Below, piece after piece: positions 26,904 through 38,700 of a stretch of DNA of 64,000 nt (position 1 is the first letter of the stretch; each line of letters starts with the position of its first letter). Under the pieces are notes generated by a model. It was not told where the DNA came from. It saw only the letters and a program-made list of their open reading frames with translations, and searched no databases. Source of the stretch: Basidiobolus meristosporus CBS 931.73 (lineage: Eukaryota > Fungi > Basidiobolomycota); the NCBI GenBank assembly GCA_002104905.1, contig MCFE01000332.1, positions 1 through 64,000 on the forward strand, in the 5' to 3' direction. Made by a program: the position numbers and the translations under genes.

Positions 26904-28594
26904 TGTTATGCTCTACTGCTTCAATGTTTAAGTTAGATCAGCTTTTAGTCAAATTAATTAGCTTATGTTTAGCCTATCAGTATATCAGTGTTATATATGA
27001 AATCAGCAGCATTAGTCAGCAAATTAATCAACAGATCCTTAACCATGAGAAATAGATATATCAAGTAGGATCTTGTTGAGTGATGATGATGCAATCAAAT
27101 GAATCATCAGCCACAACTTACATCAGGAAGCACAACAAGTCAGCAACTGATCTGGCAAAATGTATATAGGGAGCTGCTGGATCCTAAATAAAAATCAGTT
27201 CAAGTTTTAATGATTACAATACTAGCTAAACTCCCTATTCCTCTACAACTCTGATATCAAAGCTTGTAGCATTGGCAGCAGAAATAACCAGGAGCCTCCC
27301 CCCTGAAGAAGGAAGAAGCCATCCTCAAGATGTCAGAAAATCAAGAATAGAAGAATGCTATGCAACAAGTCCTGGCCCAATAGCAACAATTACTCTAGAT
27401 TCTTAGCCAGTTGCAACAAGGAAAGACTACCATGGCCCAGAGCCAGCAAAACCCTGTCAAGAGCAACTTGAGTGTAAAAGTCAACTGGTACCACAACATG
27501 ATCAGGTCAGCCACCATGATTGGAAGCTCTTCAATCTCTACCTAGGATGAGCTTGGGTCAGAAATTCAGGATGCTTTTGAACCCGCACACCAGCAAATAC
27601 TACCAAGAAGGAAGCTGAAGACACTAAGACAGTAAGTAATGGTTCAAGAGTACATCTATGAATATAGATGTCTACTTGGACAAATGAATGGACCCCCTGG
27701 ATCAAGATGAATATTTTATTGATGGCTTGAAAGCAAGAACTTGCAGGAAGTGATTTATTGAAGACCTCAGACTATTGCAGAAGCCATCAGGATTGCCAAT
27801 GACTATGCCTCAGCTATGCAGAGAGGCTATTATCACTATGAAAGAAGACAATCACATGCAGTACCAATGGAAATAGATTCTATGCAGAAGATTCCCACCT
27901 CAGATGAATGCAAGAAGAAAGGACTTTTCTCTAATTGCCTGCAGCAAGGACAAATTGCAAAGTACTGCCCTCAGAGAATAAATGTACACTGGTCAACAAG
28001 AACCTTCAACCATATTGAAGCCCTTAAGCAGAGTAAAATGGAGGATCAACTTGAAGAAGACTCAGAACTCAGCTTCTGTATGACAGCAGAATACTTATCC
28101 CAAATGACATCAACTTCAGGAAAGCTAATATACTTGTATGGAGTAATCAATGGAGTCCCTGCCAAGATCATGATTGACTCTGGAGCATCACATGAGTACA
28201 TGTAGGAGCAATTTGCCTTCAATGCTGGAATAATCTTGGAACCAACCAAATCAACTTCAGTCTCAACAGCTGATGGGAACTCTCACACAATAAACCAGAT
28301 TACTCAGCCAGTAAGAATGAAGATCAATAACCACAAAGAAGACCTAGAGGCTTGTATATTTGGGAACTGCAAGTTTGACCTTGTACTTGAGAAATAGGCA
28401 ATTTGGTTGTGATCCATCAATCAACCAGAGAACCCATGCTACTCAGATCCAGAAAGACAACAAGACCTATGAGCTATTACCTGCTGGACTGGATCTCAAC
28501 TTGGTCAATTCCAGTGTGTGTGAGACAAGTGAGCATAACAAGCAACAGTTCTGTAGAGAACTTTGATAATGTACCCAGATGTTCCTGATGGTTG
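26904..28594 (+). mobile_element. Ty3/Gypsy family C remnant: 5' LTR (26904-27271), degraded gag and protease, truncated by the Gypsy A insertion
   Basis: LTR TGTTA...TGTAGCA is homologous to 52751-53118. AVPMEID and KIMIDSGASHEY motifs are colinear with 48580-50040. Confidence 0.85.
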
Positions 28595-29708
28595 TGTGGA
28601 GGTGTATAGGTCCAAGGGTGAGATACATCCAACACTTCTCAAGTGTTTTGTGTGTGGGGTGTTCACTGGGTGCAATAACCTCTGGCAAAAGCTTGCTGGG
28701 AATACTTGGGCTCTGACTCCAATATAATGTGATGGAGAATAAAGCCACAAGCTTGTCAAAGGCAAACTATTGAGCTACAATCCTCAACTTAGTTGGTGTC
28801 TTAACAAAAGTATGTGCTGGGTTCAGCATTGTGGTAGGGTAAGCATACCTCCCACATACAAATTTATTCATATAGCTATTATGTTGGACTTATCCATATT
28901 TTATCTTATCAGTATTGTCCCAAACCTCTTTTGCCCATATTATTATTATCCCCATATGATGTTTACACTGGCTAGTTATTAGCATTAGTTATCACAGATG
29001 TTATTCAGCTTTGTGATCTGTATATGTATCTACATTAGGCAAGTACCTGTGTCAGTACCCATGACACATGTCCTAAATCTGTGCTACCATCCCTACCATT
29101 TAAATATCATATATGGTATCTCTGTGTTGCATACATTTCAGACTACTGATCCCTAGCTGGGTGGATGTGCTGTGTCTTTTAGAACCTTCCAGGACATTCT
29201 TGGCATATTTTTAGCTCATATTGATGTCATCAAGAATTCCACTGATGCCTGGAATTTTCTAGAACCTTGTCATTAGTAATAACTTGGCAATCAGGAAAAG
29301 CATTCAAGGTAAGTCAATCAATCATCATTAAATCATCCCTTCTATCAGTAACACTTTACTTTTACTGATCAGCAGTTGATCACTGCACCTACCTTTAACA
29401 GTTACATCTCAGACTTGCCATCAAGGAGCTTTTCAGGGTAGTGCACAAGACACACAAAGGCCTTTGAAGACACTTAGAGCATATTGGTAGCTAGAGAAGC
29501 AGGAGCTTTTACCATAGTGACATGTTAGACTTATTCCGTTGATAGTGCCACATAGTGCCAGCCGGTTTATAGTGCCGGATTGATCTGACACTCTACGGCA
29601 CTATCTGGCACTATAATTTCTACCATTATGCCAGTGGTATGATACAGTTACTGGTAATTTTACTCAATCTTACTTATGTTGCTCAGAATAGTGCTTTCCT
29701 TGCTTTAT

Positions 29709-30593
29709 TTACTCTTCATAATGCTCCAGACACATTTCTCTCAGTGGATGTCTTCTTGTATGAGCATACTGTGCATTGATAAGTATCTTAACTATTTTAC
29801 CTATTCTGCTGTTTTCTCCTATATATGACTTTCCTCTGTATTTACCTGCCAATATGCTGAATCTCTTCAGATATCCAAATGTGTGCTCCACCCTTACTCT
29901 GAAATGATTAAATATCTCATTGTAGAGCTTCTGCTTCCTGCTAAGCACACCATTCCTTGGCTTCCTATAAGCTGTAATACATCCTAATCTCTGACAATCC
30001 TCTCCTATATAGGCCAAGTCTGCCATACATTTCTCCCCTCTACTGAATTCAGGATGATTCTCTACCCAGAGTGCTTTGTCATGCCTACTTCCAGCAAATG
30101 GCCCACTAAACCAGATGATGTTACCCTCAATGTCAGACAGTGCTGGAAACTTCACACAGTGTGCCTTGTACTTGCCAGAATAAAAGTGCCTCTGCCCTCT
30201 AGAAGGTCTGTTAATCCTCACTGGGAAGGTATCCAAAACACTCCTGATATGGAACCTGTTGCTGAACACTCTGGGATATGGAAGTCTATTGGAGCTTCCG
30301 AACCTAGTATTCCAAGCTTGCTCTAAGTCATTCATACCCTCTGCAAGGTGGTTCTCCATTGCTGTCAGCTGGGAATGAAAGCTTCTAGGACTTTTGTTGC
30401 CATGGATGGTGGGATGAAACCTTGTAGGGCAATAGTTCTTGTAATACCAGAGAAGCTTAACAAGGGATCTCCTTGAGTAGATTGGGGTTGATGGTCCACA
30501 GTACTTGGAATAGATCTCCTCCAGTGTGTCAAAAGGAAATCCAGTGGTAGTGATGGGATTGATGAGAAAAGACCATTCAGATGAGTAAGTCAT
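29709..30593 (-). CDS. DDE_Tnp_4 (IS5/Harbinger-like) transposase, uninterrupted 294-aa ORF
   Basis: VLDTFPVRINRP, YSGKYKAHCVK, SGPFAGSRHD, MADLAYIG, YRKP, LYNEIFNHFRVRVEHTFGYLKRFSIL. The putative triad is D(VLD), D(ADL) and E(VEH). Confidence 0.9.
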   Translation of the reverse strand: MTYSSEWSFLINPITTTGFPFDTLEEIYSKYCGPSTPIYSRRSLVKLLWYYKNYCPTRFHPTIHGNKSPRSFHSQLTAMENHLAEGMNDLEQAWNTRFGSSNRLPYPRVFSNRFHIRSVLDTFPVRINRPSRGQRHFYSGKYKAHCVKFPALSDIEGNIIWFSGPFAGSRHDKALWVENHPEFSRGEKCMADLAYIGEDCQRLGCITAYRKPRNGVLSRKQKLYNEIFNHFRVRVEHTFGYLKRFSILAGKYRGKSYIGENSRIGKIVKILINAQYAHTRRHPLREMCLEHYEE

Positions 30594-31426
30594 ATTAAAA
30601 TTGATGGATGATCGTATGGAGGCGGTTTGAATTGATTCGGCGCGATCTGCGTTATTTATCTGATTTTTAACACATTATGGTTAAATCTCCATCAATTGCC
30701 ATGTATCCCATCATTATGTCGCAAAAATCATCTGCAAACAATGCCTTGGTACTTTTATTGATGCTTTAATCATAGGTCTATAATCAAATAGGAAATCTGC
30801 GATTGATGTGATCTGATCCGTGTCAACGCAATCCAAGATGCATCATGCATAATATATGGAAAATTCAACAATCACATTAGTTTTCATATATATTTCATAT
30901 AAGACCAGGTTGATGCCAATATACTGCTGTATAAGTATCCAAATCCGTTGCTATGGTCCCCATACCAAGCCTCAACTCATCTTTAGTACAACCCAGACAA
31001 AACCCATCCCCCAGCTCACAAGCGCGGTCCGGACCGGAAAAGTCAATGTCAGATCCGTTTGAGTTCTCGCCAAATGATTTTAGTATGGCCCAAGTGTCTA
31101 TGATGAGCCTTCATACAGATATTTGGGTACTACTGATTAATCTAGCAGAACTAGATACCTCAGAGAGTTGACAAAGATGGAAGAATTTGAGTAGAAAGCT
31201 GTGGCATGAGTTCTACATCAAGATGCCAGCTAATGTATGTAAAAAGATATATAACAAGACAAGTATTGAAATCAAGAATGAGCTGAGAGTGAGGGGATTT
31301 GACAAGGAAGCTGTGCGGGAACGATTTTGCGCGCAATTTGCACAGTACAGGCCGGACGCGTCCGTTTGTGCCTCAACTTTGGGAACCAAAGAGATTTTGA
31401 ATGAGTTTTTGCCTCAAATGACTAAT

Positions 31427-32160
31427 AGACTTGTTCCGTTGGATAGTGCCACATTGAGCCATGTGTGCCAAATGATGCCATAGTGTGCCAGAGAGGTCAA
31501 GTGAGCCTATACTTGGCCACCAAGTGTGAAACATAGCTCTGCATCTTCATGTAAAGCAGCCCCTGTGTTTCACCCATTGCGCAGGAGAAAATCCATTTTT
31601 TGACCTTTTTTTGTGGATCAAAGTAGCTCAGGATGTGTAAGAGCACAGGAGAACTGAAGATATGCATCTGGTACTCAATACCCATGGCACTCTGAGTCTA
31701 GCTCCTGTAGCTTGTATCATGTCACAAAAATGAGCGGCACTATCTTGGTCCACTGGTACTATCTGGCACTATATTTAAATATTAGCCCTAAAGTAAGATC
31801 TATACAAAGCACTTATAGTGCCAGATAGTACCAGTGGACCAAGATAGTGCCGTTCATTTTGTGACATGATACAAGCTACAGGAGCTAGACTCAGAGTGCC
31901 ATGGGTATTGAGTACCAGATGCATATCTTCAATCTGCTTGTGCTCTAACACATCCTGCACAACATTGATCCAAAAAAAAAAGGTCAAAAAATGGATTTTC
32001 TCTAACACATTGGGTGAAACACAGGGGCTGCTTTGCATGAAGATGCAGAGCTATGTTTCACACTCTGTGGCCAGGTAGAGGCTCAATTGGCCTCTCTGGC
32101 ACACTATGGTATCACTTGGCACTCATGGCTCAATGTGGCACTATCCAACGGAACAAGTCT
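31427..32160. mobile_element. 734-bp non-autonomous foldback MITE carrying the PHIS-family TIR
   Basis: Perfect TIR AGACTTGTTCCGTTGGATAGTGCC at both ends. TSD AAT (31424-31426 and 32161-32163). Arms of about 345 bp are near-perfect inverted repeats around a 40-bp spacer (31774-31813). Confidence 0.92.
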
Positions 32161-32600
32161 AATGTACTACGTGATATATTAGTAGAGCTAAGTGGCTTCC
32201 AAGAACAATATACACAGGACTCATCCAGGCAACAGCTCCAAAGTATCAGACAGAGGGTAAGTGAATACCTTGAGGAATCAGATGGTGAGCTTCAGGAGGA
32301 AGAATACAGACCGCAAGCAACATTGTCCAGATTGCGCCAGCACGCCTTGCTGGATTCCCTACCATCTCTTGCAACCACAGCACGCCAGTGCACGTCAGTC
32401 CAGACCACGCCAACACCCTTTACCAGAACGCCCCACGTCAAGTCAATGCACGTCAGGTCAACGCGCGTGCTTCAGAGCAAAACTACCAGAACTCGCCAAA
32501 CTGCTCATTTAGACACAAGTCCATTGGAGCGGACCGAGTCACGTCAACATGCGGCATCACATCGAACTCAGCCAAGGGCCATCTCAACGCGTCAAGGCGC

Positions 32601-33671
32601 TGTAGTGGGGTGACAGTGACACCCACTGACAGATGTGCTCATTCCCTTATTTTCTACTTCCCTATATCTCTACTACACTTATTTTAGTTTTATCCCATTT
32701 GTCTTACCCAATCAGTACTATCCCATAAGCCGGTTGACTATCACACCTGCTTACCTTATTGCATAAGTTACCCCTCACTTTATGTAAGATTACTAGCTAT
32801 AAGTACTTCTATATTAGGCAAGTACCCGCGCCAGTACCCGTGACACATGATCAGCCTGCGTCACCATCCCTACCATTTCCATACCATATATGGTATCCCC
32901 ATGTTACACAGGTTTCAGAATACTGATCCCTGATTGGTTGAATGTGCTGTGCCTCTTAGAACCTTCCGGCACCTACTTAGAACATTCTTAGGTCATTCTG
33001 ATGTCATTAAGATTTCTATTGATCTCTGGAACCTTCTGGAACACCATGATTAGTAATCACTTAGCCAGTGAGAAAAGTATATAAGGGAGGCTATCCCTCA
33101 ACAATAAATCATCATCCCTTTTATCAATATACCAACTTGTTGATTAGTGTGATCACTGCTACCTGCTGCTACCTGAACTTCCAACCCTAAACCACAGGAC
33201 ACTCCCAGGAAACCGCGCTGACAGCCAACTGACCTTAGAGGCACTACTTGTGAGGAATACTCAGAGTAGGTATCTTTTATTATATTTGATTCTTTCCCAA
33301 GTTTGTTCTTGTACAGGCAAAGATACTTTTCTGTCTTTGTAACTATTGACCAAAGCTGCATTCTTATCAAGTCCCTGCTGGTGGAGTTTACAGTTGTTTT
33401 GACTTTGGAAGCTTTAGTACATTGTCATCTCAAAGGACGCTGAACCCAGCACATACTTTTGTTAAGACACCAACTAAGTTGGGGATTGTAGCTCAATAGT
33501 TTTCCCTTGACAAGCTTGTGGCTTTATTACCCTTCACATTAGATTAGAGACAGAACCCAAGTATCCCTAGCAAGCTTTTGCCAGAGGTTATTGCACCCAG
33601 TGAACACCCCACACACAAAACACTTGAGAAGTGTTGGACGTATCTCTCCCTTGGACTTATACACCACCACA
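32601..33671 (+). mobile_element. Solo LTR of Gypsy family A (1071 bp)
   Basis: TGTAGTGG...CCACCACA with a 4-bp TSD GCGC (32597-32600 and 32672-equivalent flank at 33672-33675). Reverse-complement homologous to 34873-35712, 28595-28829 and 40378-41094. Confidence 0.92.
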
Positions 33672-35712
33672 GCGCGCCTGCGCGTGCCGTTTTGCCTGAC
33701 CATCAGCAAGTTACTTCTGGTGAACTGACTGATGATGACCAACATGAAGTGACTCAACCACCGGAGCCCTTGGCAAGTAAAAGAACGCGTCAGCGCGTGG
33801 CACTACAGGCCAGTTCAGTTGGTTCAGTTGGTTCAGTTGGAGCGATTCAGCGCGGCCAAGCTGCAGCATAGCACTCATCAACTAGGAGGCAAAATACTGA
33901 CTACAAATACACAAGTAGCCAAGATGATAGTCAGCCAGGAAGTAGTATAGGTGTGCAAAGTGAGTCACTACCAAATGCTTCAGTAGTAATCCCTGTGAGA
34001 AAAAAACCCAGGAGAAGATGATGCGATTGCTTTGAATCGCTCACATTTGTAATGATCCCAACAACCCTTTTTTTTTGCAATCCGAATCAAGCCATTGCAA
34101 ATCAGTGATCATCAAATTTTTGATATAAGTAATATCAAGGTTGTCTCACATTTGAGACAGAACCCCTATAAATAAACACCCTGCATATATATACGTCATC
34201 TGTAATACCAGTGCAGCTATTGGATCTGTTTTGCACCTACACGATCGCTTGCGTGCTAGCTATGACACCTTGCCCAATCACTAGGATCAGGGATTTACTT
34301 GCTCAATGGGCTAAATGGGATATTTGATGGCAAATCAGGTAGCTTTTTCAGTAGTCAATGAGCCAATTGGGGGCTGCCAGCTTCAGGATACTTTTGGACC
34401 AATTAACCACTGAGATACCGTCCAATTGGAGTGAGGGTAACCAAAATGGTAAGTATCAGTGTAGCTTATAGTGTGATACACATTTATTTCCATTTACATT
34501 AAAGAAACATATCCAAATACCGGATTTTACCTGCCATTGTAGCGGTATCCGATCGCGCACGTGATGCAAGCATTACAAGTTGGCGCGATCATCCGCGCCA
34601 ACCTCATCGTGTCAGATTGTGCCATAGTGTGCAAGATTGTCCCGCATAGTGCAAAATTGTCCAAGAACAATCCTGCCTTCTGGTAGCTATTATATTGCGC
34701 CCAATCGTTCTTTGCAACCGCAGATTGCGCCGCGCGCCCTGGCACGGTACGGTGGAACAAGTCTGTTGACAGAGACATCAGCAGTTTGGAAACAGAGGTT
34801 ATTGCACCCATCAGACACCTGACACACCTTGAGTTGTGTAGCTTCTCCCAGGAATACCTCTACAACACCACAGCATCCCTTGAGATGACAATGTACTAAA
34901 GCTTTCAAAGTCAAAACAACTGTGAACTGCACCAGAAGGGACTTGATAAGAATGCAGCTGCGGTCAATAGTCACAAAGACAGAATAGTATCTTTGCCTGA
35001 ATCAGAACAAATGTGGGAAAGAATCAAATATAATAAAAGATACCTACTCTGAGTATTCCTCACAAGTAGTGCCTCCAAGGTCAGTTGGCTATCAGCATGG
35101 TTTCCTGGGAGTGTCCTGTGGTCTGGGATTGAAAGTTCAAGTAGCAGCAGGTAGCAGTGATCACACTAATCAACGAGTTGATATATTGATAAAAGGGATG
35201 ATGATTTATTGTTGAGGGCTTGCCTCCCTTATATACTTTTCTCACTGGTTAACTGATTACTATTCATGTTGTTCCAGAAGATTCCAGATATCAATAGAAA
35301 TATTAATGACATCAGAATGAGCTAAGAGTACTCTAACTAGGTGCTGGAAGGTTCTAAGAGGCACAAAACATCCAACCAATCAGGAATCAATAATCTGAAA
35401 CCTGTGTAACATAGGGATACCATATATGGTATAGAAATGGTAGGGATGGTGACATGGTTTGACCATGTGCTACAGGTACTGGCACAGGTATTTGCCGAAT
35501 ATAGAAGCACTTACAGCTAGTGATCTTACATAAAGTGAGGGATAACTTATGCAATAAGGTAAGCAGGTGTGATATTCAGCCAGCTTATGGGATATTACTG
35601 ACCAAGTATGACAAATGGGATAAAACTAAAATAAGTGTAGTAGAGAAATAAGGAAGTAGAAAATATGGGAATGAGTACATCTGTCAGTGAGTGTTACTGT
35701 GAGCCTGCTGCA

Positions 35713-35726
35713 TCCACCCCCCTCTC
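35713..35726 (-). other. Polypurine tract of Gypsy A
   Basis: GAGAGGGGGGTGGA on the minus strand immediately precedes the TG of the 3' LTR (35712). Confidence 0.85.
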
Positions 35727-38700
35727 AGCTATGAGCTTGGGTCAAAGCAAACTAATCCAGATGTGCAAAGTTCCTATGCTTGAATAACTTAAGTTGGTTC
35801 CCTGCCACTGGTGCTCTCAATTGGGTGTTGTCAAGCTCAGATATGTAATAACTTCTGTTTCCAATCACTTTGGAAATGAGGTAGGGGCCAGTCCATTTGT
35901 TGTCAAACTTCCAACTCCATTGTTTGTCCAGGGTGGAATCATAGAGTAATACTGGGTCTCCTAGTGATGGTGGCCTTGGTCTTGTTAAGTGTGACTTGTC
36001 AAATGGCACTTTGTTCTTCAGCCATGTATCCTTAAGTTGTTCAGCAGCTCTGTTGATATTTGGGTCATGGTGATCAAGTTGCTGTATACCAGTAGCTAAG
36101 ATGTCTTCAGCCTGCATATTAGATTTCCAATCCAAGGAGTTCCAAGTAACTATGTCTAACTCAACTGATAGTATGCAGTCATGTCCAAAGAGTAGCTCAA
36201 GTGGAGATAATCCAGTTGTTGTCTGGGTAGTAATTCTATCTGCCCTGTGTGCAAGATGTAATTGCTTTGGCCACAGTGTTGTATTATTCTCACAGGTCTT
36301 GGCAAGAGAGCTTACTAGTGGTCCATGTCCTCTCTCTACAGTTTGATTGGCTTGAGGATGGTAGGCTGTAGTAAAAGCAATGTGTATCTTGTACTCTGAG
36401 CACAACTCCTGGATTGTTACAGATGTCATCTCTCTTCTGTCAGCAACAAACTGTTGGATGCAGCCAAATCTGCAGATAATGTCTTCAAGTATAAATCTCC
36501 ATATTGTATGGCTCTTGTTGTTGAGCAAGGCTTGAGCTTATGCCCATCCACTAAGGTCATCTCTAGAAACTATCAGGTACTTCTTTGATCCAGCTGTTGG
36601 CATGTGGACAAGGTCAATACCAACATTTTGCCATAGACAGATTGTGTAAGTAGGATGCAGTGGTTCTTCATAATGCTTAGAGGATCTCTTCTGGCAGGCT
36701 ATACATGACTCAACAGAGTGTTGGATATCATAGTACATGTTTTAACAGTAGTACCTCTGAGCTGTGGTATTGTAGGTGGCTTCTTGTTCTCTATGTCCTC
36801 CTGGTTCTCCTTGGTGGATACATGTAATGATGTTCAGTTGCTCTTGTGGGGTAGTGACTACTCTTCCTGGCATAAGTCCAGGCTTCACACTGTAAAGGGA
36901 AGATCATCTTTGAGACAGTAGTGGGGTGCCTTCTTTTTGAGCTTTCTAAACTCATGAATTTCCATCCAACTAGGTTTCTTGAGTGTCCTAGATATACTTT
37001 GATCAGGCTCCAAGTGGTTCTCTCTTAGTCTTTGATGGCAATCTGTTGGATCTCTGCATCAATCATATCATCAAAGTAAGGGTCCAAGTCTTCAAATAAT
37101 TGTGGTCCCTTCCTGGAGAGTGCATCAGCCACAACATTTGTCCTGCCATGGATATGTCTGACCTCAGAGTCAAACATTTTTAGCCATGCCATCCATTTGT
37201 TTGTGGCATTATCAGGTAGGTCAGGCTGATTGAATATTCCTATAAGTGGCTTGGCATCTGTCTCCAGGATGAAATGCGTTATGTAGAGTTGTGACTTCTG
37301 CTTCCTCAGCATCTTCACAGCTCCTAGTAGCTCTCTCTTAATCTGCAAATATCTTCATTCTCTAGGAGAGAATAGACAGCTCTCATATCTGCAGGCATGG
37401 TGGTTGCATCTTCATCATCTTGACCAAGTAGTGCTCCAGCTCCTATGGGGCTTGCATCAACTGTCAAAATAGGTGGGCATTCAGTGTTCTGATAGTCAGG
37501 AGGTCTTAGAACTGGTGGAGATACTATGGCCTCTTTTAGTAATTACATGGCTTCTTCTTGTTCTTGTCCCCATATAAATGGGGTATTCTTTCTCTGTAGG
37601 CGGTAGATTGGTTCTGCTATCTCAGAAAATGTTGGGATCCAGATACTAAAGAACCCACAAGCTGCCACAAAGCCACAAGCTTGTGTTAGACCTGTGGGGG
37701 TAGGCCAGTTGCATATTTTTGTGTCTTGGAGTCTCCAGGTGATTGACCAAAGGTGTTGCATTTTTGTCCAACAATGGATATCTCTGATATACCAAAGATG
37801 CTTTTCTCAGCACTGATGGTGAGTCCAGCATCTTTGGTGGCTCCTAATATAGCATCATTGTTGGAAATATGGTCCTAGACAAACTTTCTTACTCAGGTAC
37901 AACTTCAGTGGTGTCCTGGAATTTTGGACCTTTGATGCCTATGTCATCAACAAAGACAGCAAGTTTCCCTGGTATAAACTGGTACAGCACATTCACCATG
38001 CATCTCTGGAACTAAGCCACAGAGTTTGTAGCCCCTTGGCTGAGTCTTGTCATCCTTAACACTCCAAATGGTGTCTGGAGTGCAAACATATCTTTTGATG
38101 TCTCATCTAGGGGGATCTGGTCATATGTTGAGTAGATGGAGTGACCACTAAAGCTCTCTGCAAAGTCATCAGCAGATGGAGGTATTGCAGCATCTCCAAT
38201 AGTGACAGCATTTGCAGGTTGCAAGTTTTGTTTGAATTGGAGCTTTCCATTCTCTTTTGGTCACAAACCATCTGTTGGCATAAGGTCCATGGCAAGGCTC
38301 TAGGACACCAGCATCAATCTTCTTCTTAAGTAGATCATGCACATTAACATGGAGTCCTCTGTGCAGTTGGTAAGGCTTATAAGACCAAGGTGTGTATGGC
38401 TCTGTTTAAATCTTGGCAGGATTTTCAACCAATGTCTTTAAGAGCACCATCTCCTTGTCATTATATGAGTAAACCTTATCATGCCTTTTCAGGGTTTCTT
38501 CAAATAATAAAATTTCCTCTGGTGTTAGGTTTCCATCACCAGTGATAAGTTGCATAAGTCTCTTGAGTGTAAGTTGCATATTTCTGGTGGTCTGATGTAA
38601 TCAGCAGGTTGAGATCCATAAGTCAAAGGTGTAAGTGATGGTCTAACCTTCTGTTCAACCGTCTTGTATTTTGTTCAAACTATGGCTGTCTGCTCCTGTA

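Larger units (their letters stand above)
30953..34021 (+). pseudogene. PHIS ORF2 (MADF/Myb-SANT-like), disrupted by a MITE and a solo LTR
   Basis: DIWVLLINLAELDTSES*QRWKNLSRKLWHEF. Colinear with 61786-63033 after removing 31427-32160 and 32601-33671. Ends VIPVRKKPRRR*. Confidence 0.75.
29527..34764. mobile_element. PHIS (PIF/Harbinger-ISL2EU group) DNA transposon, full-length, with two nested insertions
   Basis: TIRs AGACTTATTCCGTTGATAGTGCC and GGCACGGTACGGTGGAACAAGTCT. TSD GTT (29524-29526 and 34765-34767). Confidence 0.92.
28830..34872 (+). mobile_element. Solo LTR B (about 800 bp net), a diverged relative of LTR A, interrupted by a PHIS copy
   Basis: TGTGGTAGGG...ACACCACA flanked by a 4-bp TSD GCAT (28826-28829 and 34873-34876). 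Removing it restores GTTCAGCATCCCTTGAG of LTR A. Confidence 0.85.
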
